Assembly: GCA_963716745.1 (NCBI GenBank)
Contig: OY970320.1
Coordinates: 768,001-832,000 of the forward strand
From: an uncultured Gemmatimonadaceae bacterium
Lineage (GTDB): Bacteria; Gemmatimonadota; Gemmatimonadetes; Gemmatimonadales; Gemmatimonadaceae
DNA length: 64,000 nucleotides
Direction of reading: 5' to 3'
Shown: positions 48,118 to 58,889 of the stretch, in pieces
Position numbering within the stretch: the first letter of the stretch is position 1
Layout of the letters: each line of letters opens with the position of its first letter
Translations under genes and position numbers: made by a program
The notes under the pieces: generated by a model
What the model was told of the DNA's origin: nothing
Databases searched by the model: none
What the model saw: the letters and a program-made list of their open reading frames with translations, nothing else

Positions 48118-48516
48118 ATGGCACTGAAGGTAACGCACGGCAGCGGCAACATCTTCGTTGATGTCGGCTTTTCGCGGCCGCAGGCCGCGGTCATGCTGCT
48201 GCGCTTTGAGCTTGCGCTCGCGATTGAACAAATCATACAGTCTCGCGGATTGACGCAAGTACGCGCCGCCAGGCTGTTCGGCGTGAGTCAGCCCCGCGTC
48301 AGCAATGTGGTGCGCGGCAAGATCGATCGCTTCAGCATCGACACTCTGGTCGAAATGATCGGTCGCGCAGGAGCGCACGTCACGATCTCGGTGTGGCGGA
48401 CGCGGAGATTGCGCGTGACGATTCTGCCGCGCAGAACACCGCCTCGAGTGCGCGAGATGACTGAACTGCGCGGGAAGGGGGGCGCGGGACGCGCCCCGCG
48501 TACTAAGGAGCGCTGA
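48118..48516 (+). CDS. Orphan HigA-like XRE antitoxin (HTH_37)
   Basis: GSGNIFVDVGF..LTQVRAARLFGVSQPRVSNVVRGKIDRFSIDTL; no toxin gene upstream. Confidence 0.88.
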   Translation: MALKVTHGSGNIFVDVGFSRPQAAVMLLRFELALAIEQIIQSRGLTQVRAARLFGVSQPRVSNVVRGKIDRFSIDTLVEMIGRAGAHVTISVWRTRRLRVTILPRRTPPRVREMTELRGKGGAGRAPRTKER

Positions 48517-49464
48517 TCTCCCTCAGCCTCTTCGCGATCTCCCGGCGCACGGACTCCGGCTCCAGCACCACCGCATCCACGCCGTATTGAAGCACATGCC
48601 TCACAGCCCACCGCGCGTCCGCCAACGGATGCTCCATAATAAGCGAGCCGTCTCTTGCGAGCGGCAGCCCCTCTCGCTCCGCGATCCACCGCGCGATCTT
48701 CGCGCTGTAGCGCACCTTTAGCGTTTCGGGCTCCTCGGCGTGGAAGATCTTGCCGCCAGCGGCGATCGCGTCGAGTGAGAACTCAACTGGCACCTCGTAC
48801 GGCTCGTTGGTGGGAGACGCGCTCTCGATGCGGTCGAGCCGGAAGATCCTAATGGACGCACGCTCATAACAATGCGCGACGATATACCACGCCCCGTTCG
48901 CGGCGATTAGGCCATAAGGACCGATCAGGCGGGCTTTTGATTCCGTCGCGTCGGCACTGCGATACATGATCTTCACCTTCTTGTGCGCCCGCATCGCGCC
49001 GCGAACGGCGGCGAGATGACCGCCGTCGCCGGCGCCGCCGAGCTCGGCGTGGCGGCCCGCGTTCGAAAGCTCGCTCTGAGCGGCAATTTGCCCAGTGCCT
49101 GGCGCAATCGTTTGCGCGCCCCGTCTATTGCGCGATGCTGATTGGGTGGCCGTTCGCGCCGCAACATCGCCAGTCCAAGATCCAGCGCGCAAAGTTCCGG
49201 TGCGGTGAGACGCATGGGCCGGGCGAAATGACTGGCCCGCATCTGCACGCTTTCGGTTGAGCTCTCGATGAGCACGTGCAGGCCGGGGACGAATCCGCCG
49301 GGGTCGCCGAATCGCTCGCTGAGCGAATAGAGGTCGCCGAGTATCGTGTCCACGTCCGTGCCGGCGAGCTTGGCGACTCTCGTGAGTTGATGCGCTTTGC
49401 CGTCGGCCAGGCGCGGGATGAGCTGCAGCAGCCGCCGGAGCTGGACGGACGCCTCTTCGCTCAT
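48503..49464 (-). CDS. pafC: PafC-like HTH-WYL-WCX regulator (frameshift near 49070)
   Basis: QLRRLLQLIPRL..FARPMRLTAPE..L; YRSA..RLIGPYGL....WYIVAHC..RIFRLDRI; VLQYG..VLEPESVR. Confidence 0.85.
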
Positions 49465-50590
49465 CGCGCGCCCTCCATGGCGGCGAGCGTCTCGCGCGCG
49501 AGCGATACGGAATTTCGCGACGAACGGCTTCGGTTCCACCGGCACGGCGTCGCCGCCGAACGACAGCAACCAGCGCGCGAAGTGATCGGGCCGCCGCACA
49601 TGGAACACGCGCTTCCCCGCTCCGCCGCGCACCGGCGTGCCCAGCTTCGCCGCGGCGCGCACGGCGCCGGTATCGCCGCGGAAATCGACGGTCACCTGGA
49701 TCTCTTCTTCGTCGCCGAGATTCCATGACTCGCGCGAACGGCTCTCGGCGGCAAGGTCGAATGTGGAGGGGATCGCGTAGTCCGCGCTGCCGGCGCGCTT
49801 CTTGTTCACTTCCACGCTCGACATTCGGCTCAGCCGGAAATTGCGCATCTCCTCCTTGCCGCGGTCGCGCGCGACCAAGTACCAATGCGCGCCGAGGAAC
49901 ACGAGGCCGTACGGTTCCGCCTCGCGCGCGGCCGATTTGCCCGTTTGCATCGTGAGGTAGTTGAACGTCACGATCTTCTTGTCCAGCAGCGCGGCGCCGA
50001 GTTTCGCGAACACTTTCGCGTCCACGCGCTCGGCGACAACGTGCTCGCCGCTCCCAGCGGGCTGCGTGGCGTCCACCGGGAGATCGAACGCGAGTTTTCG
50101 CATGGCGCTCTCGGCGTCTGCGCCGAGCATGGGATCGCCGAGCGATCGCGACGCGGGCGGCGGCGCTGCCGACGGCCTCGAGCTCATCGGGCTCGAACGC
50201 GAGCGTCGCGAGCGAGCGATAGCCCGGGGGTCCGATGCGCGGGCGCGCGGAGTGCCCGCTCGCGACTACTTGAATGAAGGGGAGATAGAAATCGTCGTGG
50301 CGCAGGCGGTAGGCGTCCTTCTCATCTTCGCCTTTGCCTTTGATCGTCTCGATCGCGACGCCGAAGGCGCGCAACTCATCCTTGTCGCGCTCGAACATTC
50401 GCTCGAGCGTCGCGGCGTTGGCGCCGGCGCCGTAGCCGGGAACATCCCGTCGCAGTTCGGCAAAGGACACCGGCATTCGATGCGCCAGCAGCGCGGCAAG
50501 GAGATCGATCCAGCGTTGCAGCTTGGGCGTGCGCTCGGCTCCGCGGGTCGCGGCCTTCTTCTTGGCAGGCGGCTTCTTGCGTGGAGGCAT
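49461..50590 (-). CDS. pafB: PafB-like HTH-WYL-WCX regulator (frameshifts near 50150 and 49505)
   Basis: KLQRWIDLLAALL..VPGY..LERMFERDKDELRAFGV; REAEPYGL..HWYLVARDR..RNFRLSRM; ATGA-coupled to pafC. Confidence 0.87.
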
Positions 50591-50599
50591 GGTTCGCAG

Positions 50600-50628
50600 A
50601 GTGTGCCCCATCGTGGGGGTGAACGCAA
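50600..50628 (-). promoter_or_regulatory. Conventional -35/-10 promoter of the pafBC-like operon
   Basis: TTGCGT-N17-CACACT. Confidence 0.5.
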
Positions 50629-50658
50629 GGAGGCGCGATGAGCACGAGCTTGCTTAGT

Positions 50659-50765
50659 GCGCGGGAAGCGGGAAGCGGGAATCGCCGCGGGATGCGTGAA
50701 CAGCGCGAGGGGCCATCGCGCCCTTCTCGCATCCCGCGGCGCGTCCCGCTTCCCGCGTCCCGCGC
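50659..50765. repeat. Family B inverted repeat, copy 2
   Basis: GCGGGAAGCGGGAAGCGGGAATCGCCGCGGGATGCG...CGCATCCCGCGGCGCGTCCCGC. Confidence 0.9.
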
Positions 50766-50774
50766 CTGAAGTAG

Positions 50775-51258
50775 CTAGTGGTTCAGGATGAACGTCGTTG
50801 GATACGACAACACGACCGAACTGCAATTCGCAGCATAGACGTCCACTGGCCCCGTGATGGTCATGCGCTGGTTGGCCGTGTCGTAAGTGCCGGAGAATGT
50901 CTCCGAGAAACTCGGACACAGATCCTGAGTGCACGGTGATATTGACCGAGGGATTCGTTCCCGCGGCGATGTTTCCCGCGAGCGTCCCGGTGCCGGAGAT
51001 GGCGACCGTGTTGACGCCATCCGTAAGCTCTCCCGTGAGTGCGTAACTACCACTCAGCGTCGGGCCATTCTGTCCGACCGTCACCGTGAATTCCGCGATG
51101 ATGGCCACGCCCTGGTCCACGCCGGACATTGGCCCGCTGTACGAACCCGAAACGTCGTTGTAACTCGGCGGCGGAGCCGTGGTGCCCCCGCCTCCGCCGC
51201 TGCATGCGGACGCGAGGATGACGAGGAACGGAACGAAAGCTGCTGTTCTGACGCGCAT
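50775..51258 (-). CDS. Beta-rich lipoprotein (frameshift near 50925)
   Basis: Lipobox LASAC; C-terminus CPSFSETFSGTYD..FILNH in a second frame. Confidence 0.75.
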
Positions 51259-51290
51259 GATTCCCTCTCGAGTGTGAAGCGTGAGAGGGA

Positions 51291-51312
51291 ATCATTGAGC
51301 GGGGGTGTGACA
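51291..51312 (-). promoter_or_regulatory. PafBC-type promoter
   Basis: TGTCAC-ACCCCCGCTC-AATGAT. Confidence 0.6.
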
Positions 51313-51319
51313 CTCATTG

Positions 51320-51427
51320 AACGACGCGGGAAGCGGGAAGCGGGAAGCGCCGCGGGATGCGAGAAATGCGCGCTGGCCCCTCGCGCCCTACTCGCATCCC
51401 GCGGCGCTTCCCGCTTCCCGCTTCCCG
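51320..51427. repeat. Family B inverted repeat, copy 3
   Basis: (CGGGAAG)3 CGCCGCGGGATGCG ... CGCATCCCGCGGCG (CTTCCCG)3. Confidence 0.9.
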
Positions 51428-51512
51428 AGCCCTCCCCCCGGCTTGACCCGACTGGCACACGGAGCGGAACACTCACGATGGATCCGAGTAGTCCGCCACT
51501 AAGGGGCAATGA

Positions 51513-52173
51513 TCACTCAGCGCGCGCCAATCCCGATAGGCGCCGACGCGCACGCGAGCCGGCCGCCCCCAGTCGCGCGGCACGAAGCAGATAATCGATG
51601 TGATACGGCCGATGCTCGTGATGATAGAAATAGTGCGTGTGCCGGGTCTCTTTCCCGTGCTTCTCGCGAAAGTACGTGTGATATGCGCTCGCGAGTCCGT
51701 GCGCCGCGAGCTTCTCGATGAGATCGCCCTGACTCTGCCCCGGCGGATGCTCGGCGTCCCAGATCACGTTCGCGTTGAAATCGCCGAGCACCACAGAGTG
51801 CTCGTGCTGCGCGATCACGGGGCCATAGAGCTCGATCGCGCGATTGAGTCCGCGCACGTAGCGGAACTTGCGCTCGAAATTAGTGGTCCACACCGCGAGC
51901 ATGAGGAACGACCGCGGCCCCGAGACTCGCACCGGCACCGTCCACCGCGGCACGCTCGGCCGCTTCCGCACCGGCGCGAACTCGTAGCCGTTCCGCGCGA
52001 TGACGGTGATCCCCTTCTTCTTCGGATCGCCGCCGTACCAGCGGTACGTCGCGCTGTCGGGCGCCTCGCGACGCAGCTCTTGCAGCACGGCAATGTCGGG
52101 CTGCAATGCCTCGACTGCTGCAGCGCTTCTCGGCTGAACGGCCGAATGAGCAATTCCAGGTGAGGAGACGCAT
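51513..52173 (-). CDS. Endonuclease/exonuclease/phosphatase (EEP) family protein (frameshifted, 3' end uncertain)
   Basis: MRLLTWN, PDIAVLQE, VVLGDFNAN, YHIDY. Confidence 0.85.
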
Positions 52174-52179
52174 TCCCTA

Positions 52180-52291
52180 AACTACGCGGGAAGCGGGAAT
52201 CGGGACTCGCCGCGGGATGTGCGGGAAGCGATCGTGGAGCAACGCGCAGTTCTCGCATCCCGCGGCGAGTCCCGCGTCCCGCGTCCCGAAC
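52180..52291. repeat. Family B inverted repeat, copy 4
   Basis: AACTACGCGGGAAGCGGGAATCGGGACTCGCCGCGGG ... CCCGCGGCGAGTCCCG. Confidence 0.9.
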
Positions 52292-52358
52292 ATGACCAAG
52301 CACGTGCTCGTCAGGCCTCGTTGGTGCGGACGATCCGACGATCTCCGAGCAGTCCGCC

Positions 52359-52781
52359 TCAAGGCGGCGCGATCGCCGTCCCATCAATGAGCACCTGCAC
52401 GCCAATGTTGTCCGGTTGCGCAACGAAATCCAGGAACGCCGGCTTATCGCCAGCCGGCGTCCGCGGCACGAAGGTGATGATCATCGTGCACGCGCCGCCC
52501 GGCGGGATCGTCACGCCGTTCAGACAATCGGTGGAGCTGTTGACGGCATAGCTCGTGACGCCCGAGCCGCCGGAGAGCAGACTCAAGTTCTCCGCCGGGA
52601 AGGTGCCGATATTGCTGACGGTGAGGGTCTCGGGCGCGGACTGCTGGCCGATCGCGATGGATCCGAATGCGAGGTTGGCGGGAGTCGCCTGGAGTTGCGG
52701 GAGGCCGCCGCTCTGGGTGGTGCTGTTTCCGCATCCCACAGCCATAGCGGCGAGGAAGATGATCGCCAGATACTTTTTCAC
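52359..52781 (-). CDS. Lipoprotein with one ASH/choice-of-anchor D Ig-like domain
   Basis: Lipobox AVGC; LAFGSI..TLTVSNIG..C..IPPGGACTMIITFVP. Confidence 0.8.
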   Translation of the reverse strand: MKKYLAIIFLAAMAVGCGNSTTQSGGLPQLQATPANLAFGSIAIGQQSAPETLTVSNIGTFPAENLSLLSGGSGVTSYAVNSSTDCLNGVTIPPGGACTMIITFVPRTPAGDKPAFLDFVAQPDNIGVQVLIDGTAIAPP

Positions 52782-52833
52782 TCCATGAGGCTCCGAAGAT
52801 GGACGATGCGTTCTACACCCAAGCACATCCGTT

Positions 52834-52943
52834 GTTCGGGATTCGGGACTCGGGACTCGCCGCGGGATTCGGGATGCGCCATGGGCTCACCGCGCCTTTC
52901 TCGCTTCCCGCGGCGAGTCCCGAGTCCCGAGTCCCGCGTAGTT
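52834..52943. repeat. Family B inverted repeat, copy 5
   Basis: GTTCGGGATTCGGGACTCGGGACTCGCCGCGGG ... AGTCCCGCGTAGTT. Confidence 0.9.
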
Positions 52944-55090
52944 AGTGCGGCCCCGGCGTCCCGCCAGCTCTCTGGAATCCCCGCAGGATGTCCACCCGCA
53001 GTTCGGTCCACCCGTCCACCTGATAGTACTCGACACGCAGCTCATGCTTGCCGGGCGCGAGTGCGGCGGCTTCTACGGCGGATTCATGCGGACCCCAGTC
53101 GTCGATCGCGAGATTGCCGTCCACCCAGACGCGAACGCCTTCGTCGCTGATGGTGCGCAGGGTGTAGTCGCCGGGTGCGAGCTCAACGGTCGCGGTCGCG
53201 GCCAGTGCCCAGCGCTCATTCGGGATCGCGGGCATGCTGGGGCGATACCAGAGGAAATCGAGACGCGGCTGGTCCATCGTGAAGAGTGGCGGGGTTTTGA
53301 GCAGCGCCTCGAATGCATCGCTCTTGCTGCGTGGGTCGGTGTCCTCATCCCACGAGAACACGCTCACGTGCCAGTCGAGTATCGGCTCGAACGATCCATA
53401 GGAGAATCGAACGCCATTCGACTCGAGCGTCAGCTGCCAGTCGTTCGACGGCAGCAGGCTGATCGTGTCGTTCATCGTTCCGTTCATGTTGCTGATCTCG
53501 TCGACGCCGCGCTTCGCGACGAGGCGCCACGTGCCGGGCGGGCCGAGCACGGCGAGATGCAGCGGCAGCGCATGCGTGCTGTCCACGGGCCAGATCTTGG
53601 GCGTCGCCCAATCGTATGGGCCCCATTGGTCGACAATGATCGCCGAGCGATCGCGGCGGGAAAGCGGTGTCGACGGGATGTTGGTGGCGATGCCTTTCGC
53701 GACGGGCGCGAGCTTCGCGTATTCCGGCGGGAGCGGGAGCATCCAGAGACACGGATCATCGGGCATCACTGTGCTCGCGACGCCGGCGGCGTTGGAGTCG
53801 GCGCGCACAGCACTCGTGTCGCGCGCGACGAGCGTGGTGTCCACGCTCTGGAAGCTGTTGCCGAGCAGGCTCACGTCGCTCGTGTTCGCGAGATCCACCG
53901 CCACGCGATCGCGCGAGAAGAAATTCCATTCGATGCGCGCGTTCCGGCTCCGCGTGTCGCGATGCTTCGGATACGCCCAATCGCTCGGCGCGATGCTGTC
54001 CGCCCAGAGGCGAATGCCCACGTCGTTGCGATCGAACCGGTTCGCGACGATCGCGTTGTCCTGCCCGTGCTCGATCGCCGCGCCAATGCGATCGCGCAGG
54101 AAGCAATTGCCGGCGACGATCGACGAGTAACTGTATCCACCCCAGAGTCCGTAGTCGCTGCCGTTGCCGATATTCGCGACGAAGATGTTGCGGCTGAACG
54201 TCGCCTCGATCGCGTTCGCGGGCGCGTACGAGAAATCGTTCTTGATACACGAGATTGTCGTTCGCGCCGCCATCGCCCGTGTCCATCGTGCTCTGGCCGG
54301 CCCAGAGGAAGAACCCGTCGCCGCCGTGCGTCGCGGAATTGTATGCGACAATATTGCTGGAACTCTGCTCGAAGAAGAGGATGTCGGCCGAATCCTGCCC
54401 GCGCCAATAGAAGCCATTACTATATCCGCGCACGTTGAACTCGAGATCGTTGTGCAGGATGCGGTTGAAGCGGCTGCGGTAGAGACCGATACCGAGCCCG
54501 GAGTTGAACGAGAACGTGTTGTCGTGGATGAGCAGGCTGTCGCTGCGCACGAGCAGAAGTCCGTCCATCCCCTGCTCCGCCGTGACGCCGCTGATCGTGC
54601 CGCCGCGCACGCCGTCGAGATACGCGCCGGCGCCGTAGCGCAGCCACTCGTTCTTCTCGTTGTGATGGAAGGAGAGCCAATCGGCGATCGACTCGTGCTC
54701 CACGAGCGAGTAGAGCCGCGGCTTCCAGCTGTTGCCGAGGTCGAGTACCGCGAGCGTGAGATCCCGCGTGCCGCGCGCGAGGATGTTGAAGCGGTAGCCG
54801 TGGATGGTGCCGTTCTTGATCGTGACGTGCGGCGCCGCTGTCGACGCGAATGGCTACTCCCTCCGCCTGGTCGGGCTCGCCGGGATTTCCTTCGAGCGTC
54901 GCGCCGTTCAGGTCCACGACGATATTCGATCCGCGAATCGTGATCACGGCGGAGTCGAGGTCGAGAGCGGCGCGGGGAAGCGATAGGTCGCTCGTTTGAC
55001 GGTGATCGAGTGCGTGATCACCATGCCGGGGCGCAGCGGGACCTGCGGGGGCGCAACTGCGACGGCGAGTGCCAGGAGGGTCGGGATCAT
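52942..55090 (-). CDS. Secreted right-handed beta-helix (NosD-like) protein with C-terminal PA14 domain (frameshifted)
   Basis: N-rich coil repeats (HDNTFSFNSGLGIGLY, NSATHGGDG); PA14 TISDEGVRVWVDG..IDDW..HELRVEYYQ. Confidence 0.82.
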
Positions 55091-55121
55091 CGTGGTGCGA
55101 ATCTACACCAGATTGTGTAAG

Positions 55122-55226
55122 GCGCGGGACTCGGGGCTCGGGACTCGCCGCGGGATTCGGGAACTGCGCGATGATCCCCTCGCCTCTCGAATCCCGCGGC
55201 GAGTCCCGAGCCCCGAGTCCCGCGTC
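55122..55226. repeat. Family B inverted repeat, copy 6
   Basis: CGCGGGACTCGGGGCTCGGGACTCGCCGCGGGATTCG ... CGAATCCCGCGGCGAGTCCCGAGCCCCGAGTCCCGCG. Confidence 0.9.
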
Positions 55227-56219
<993 letters not shown>

Positions 56220-56249
56220 GGGATGGCGACTGAGGTTGGAGTCGAAACT

Positions 56250-56328
56250 GCAGACTTAGACTTTAGACCTGGACGCTAGAATACAACGGCTCCGCATTCT
56301 AAAGTCTCAGTCTAACGTCTCAGTCTGC
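56250..56328. repeat. Further heptamer-periodic hairpin (TAGACT/AGTCT units)
   Basis: GCAGACTTAGACTTTAGACC ... CTAAAGTCTCAGTCTAACGTCTCAGTCTGC. Confidence 0.7.
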
Positions 56329-56350
56329 TTTTGGAACGTGTTCCTCACTC

Positions 56351-56845
56351 TCACCAGCGCTGCCAATACAGCGCCCATGCCAGCGACCATGCGGCGGCGC
56401 GTAGCGTCGTCACGACCTCAGACTTCATGGTGCCCATCGGATCGTTGCTCATCGAGATGGCGCCGGTGGTGCCGGCGGTCTCGGAGGCGAGGATATAACC
56501 GCCGGCGACGTCCAGGATATTCATGAGCGCCATGAACACGAGGAATGCCGTCCAGAATCGCGGCGCCGAGGGGCTGCGTCTTGTACACGAGATAGAAACC
56601 GATACAGCGGCGCGAGCCCGCGCGTGAATTGCGCGACCGACTCGAGCATGGCGAGCGGCTTGAACATCGCGCCGCTGGGGATCGCGGGATCGGTGATGCA
56701 CGGCGAATGCGCCGAACGCGTCGGTGATCGTATAGAGGGAGTAGGCGCAGATGATAGCTTGGCCGACTAAGAACGACAGCAGCCAGCCGCCTATGCCCTT
56801 TGGCTGAGTGCTTTGGGGCGCACCGGATTCCGTGGGGGAGGTCAT
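56351..56845 (-). CDS. DUF2569-like membrane protein (frameshifted)
   Basis: KGIGGWLL N-terminal motif; C-terminal W..YW pattern. Confidence 0.7.
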   Translation of the reverse strand: MTSPTESGAPQSTQPKGIGGWLLSFLVGQAIICAYSLYTITDAFGAFAVHHRSRDPQRRDVQAARHARVGRAIHARARAAVSVSISCTRRSPSAPRFWTAFLVFMALMNILDVAGGYILASETAGTTGAISMSNDPMGTMKSEVVTTLRAAAWSLAWALYWQRW

Positions 56846-56907
56846 GACTCCAAAACTGTGCACCACGTGCACGCGTGGTAAGGAGCGGCGGCGCAGACTC
56901 TAAGAAT

Positions 56908-57019
56908 GTTCGGGTTCGGGAAGCGGGACGCGGGAAGCGCCGCGGGACGCGAGAACTGACGGGGAACTCCCGCGCAGCTGACGCTTCCCGCGGCGCTTGC
57001 CGCTTCCCGCTTCCCGCGT
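56908..57019. repeat. Family B inverted repeat, copy 7
   Basis: CGGGAAGCGGGACGCGGGAAGCGCCGCGGGA ... TCCCGCGGCGCTTGCCGCTTCCCGCTTCCCGC. Confidence 0.9.
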
Positions 57020-57026
57020 GTCGTTG

Positions 57027-58097
57027 CTACGGCACTGCGACTCCCACGAGGTTCTTCACCGCCGATCCGCCTAAGGTGGAGACCATCGTCACCGACGCGC
57101 GCTTGGTGCCGCTGGATAGAGCGGCAGGAGTGAACGTAACGGGAACCGTGCAACTGCCCATCGACACGAGTTCGCCCACGCATGTCGTGACGCCGAGCGA
57201 AAAACTCGCGGCGTCCGGGCCCATGATACTGATCGCCGGCTGAGTGGCAGCGACAGGGCCCGTGTTCGAGAGGATCACGTTGAGCGGGCCGCCTGTCGAG
57301 CCGCCGGTCACATTCCCAAAATTGAGCGTGTCGGCGGTGACAGAGAGTACTGGCGGCGCGTACGAGAAGCCGACCAGGGCGAGCGTCGGCGATCCACCGG
57401 GCGACGCGCTCGCGGTGAGCGTCGCGTTCTTGATGCCAGTGGTCACTGGATCGAAATCCAGGCGGATTGTGCAACTCGCGCCCACTGCCAACGACACCGG
57501 CACTGTTATGGAGCAACTTCCGGAAAAAAGAGAGAAACTGGACATGTCGGTGCCGCTGAGCGAAAAAGCGATAGGCCCGCTCGGCGAGGCGCCGACATTC
57601 GAGATCGTGATCGTGGCGTTCGAACCGACGAGTCCCGCAACTCCTTGAAGCGTGTCGGGCTGGAGCGCGCCGATGATCAACAGTGCTGGATTGGCCGCAA
57701 CGCCAATCACAGCGCTCGAGGCGGTACCGCCCGGCGACGCGGTGACATTGACGGTAGCGGATCTCTCCCCCGCGACCCCGGTGGGGGCCATCACCACGCG
57801 AATAGTGCAACTGGCATTCTGCGCAAGCTCGGTTGGGTCGCTGCATCTGTTGGTCATGAGCACGAAATCGGCCGCGCCCCCGCCGCCAAGGCTCAGCTGA
57901 AGCGCTCCGCTCGTCAGGACGCCGTTGTTCGTGATGGTGAAGAGCATTGGCGCCGAGCTGCCGCCGAGCGGCGCGCGCAGCGTGTCGCCCGTCGCCGGCG
58001 TGATCGTGAGCTCGCCGCCCGCGGAGCCCGTCGGATCGCCGCTGCACGCAGCTGCGGTGAGAACGAGCGCGACGCCAAGCGTGACATGCGTTTTCAT
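57027..58097 (-). CDS. Lipoprotein with three ASH/choice-of-anchor D Ig-like domains
   Basis: Lipobox AAAC; three TITN.G..F..C..SCT..F.P repeats. Confidence 0.85.
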   Translation of the reverse strand: MKTHVTLGVALVLTAAACSGDPTGSAGGELTITPATGDTLRAPLGGSSAPMLFTITNNGVLTSGALQLSLGGGGAADFVLMTNRCSDPTELAQNASCTIRVVMAPTGVAGERSATVNVTASPGGTASSAVIGVAANPALLIIGALQPDTLQGVAGLVGSNATITISNVGASPSGPIAFSLSGTDMSSFSLFSGSCSITVPVSLAVGASCTIRLDFDPVTTGIKNATLTASASPGGSPTLALVGFSYAPPVLSVTADTLNFGNVTGGSTGGPLNVILSNTGPVAATQPAISIMGPDAASFSLGVTTCVGELVSMGSCTVPVTFTPAALSSGTKRASVTMVSTLGGSAVKNLVGVAVP

Positions 58098-58154
58098 GGT
58101 GCTCCCTGCTGCCTGAGGAGCGAAACGAACACTTCTGTACCAAAGTCCCGGCGA

Positions 58155-58189
58155 TCGCGTCCCGCGGCGCTTCCCGCTTCCCGCTTCCC
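58155..58189. repeat. Family B solo arm (copy 8)
   Basis: TCGCGTCCCGCGGCGCTTCCCGCTTCCCGCTTCCC. Confidence 0.8.
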
Positions 58190-58199
58190 TTCAGTCTCG

Positions 58200-58618
58200 C
58201 TAGGCCTTCTTTCGACTCCGATCATCGCGTCAAGAGAGAACGATCCCGCCCCATACGCCGCATATGTAAAGAAGATGAACGCGTAGAGGTACGGCAGCTC
58301 CCCGTGATTCTGCCACCACCACATGTTGCCCGAGCCGCCCCAGTGCATCCAGAAGTACGTAACGGCCATCTCGCCGGAGGCGAGGAAGGCCATGGGACGC
58401 GTCAGAATGCCGAGCACGATGCACGCGCCGCAGACGGTCTCGATCACGCCGGCGGCGCCGAACTTGGTCATGAGGTCAACGGTGCCATGATTCGGACCCA
58501 TTCCGCCGAACCAGCCGAACAACTTCTGCGCGCCATGCGTGAAATACGACGCACCCGCGGCAATGCGCAGGGCGTTCACGGAAAGACTCTTGAATTTCGC
58601 GGTGAATTCGGGGGACAT
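58200..58618 (-). CDS. DoxX family membrane protein
   Basis: LRI..HGAQKLFG..E..G..LTRP.AFLASGEMAV.YF..H..GEL..GAGSFSLD; likely true stop at about 58200 (an indel causes read-through into the repeat). Confidence 0.9.
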
Positions 58619-58712
58619 GCGCGGGGAGCTCCGGGGTGGAGGTGAGATCCTCTGCGAACTCTACGCGCGGCCTACGCACAACGCTAGGCGACTGACCCCA
58701 AGCACGCCCGAC

Positions 58713-58818
58713 GTTCGGGACTCGGGCTCGGGACTCGCCGCGGGACGCGAGAAAGGCGCGTTGGGCCCGCGCGCAGTTCTCGCGTCCCGCGGCGAGTCCC
58801 GAGTCCCGAGTCCCGAAC
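58713..58818. repeat. Family B inverted repeat, copy 9
   Basis: GTTCGGGACTCGGGCTCGGGACTCGCCGCGGGACGCGAGAA ... TTCTCGCGTCCCGCGGCGAGTCCCGAGTCCCGAAC. Confidence 0.9.
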
Positions 58819-58889
58819 ACGACCTACCCTAGACTCCCCTCATACACGACGGCAAGTTACGTCGCATGGAACCCTATTCGAGGCCCCCG

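Noticed and set aside
48503..50590. Pup-proteasome locus
   Set aside because: No pafA, pup, dop or proteasome genes are in the window.
44893..51312. TGTCACA read as an ECF41 sigma -35 element
   Set aside because: The expected CGTC about 16 nt downstream is absent, whereas the N10-nAnnnT spacing fits.
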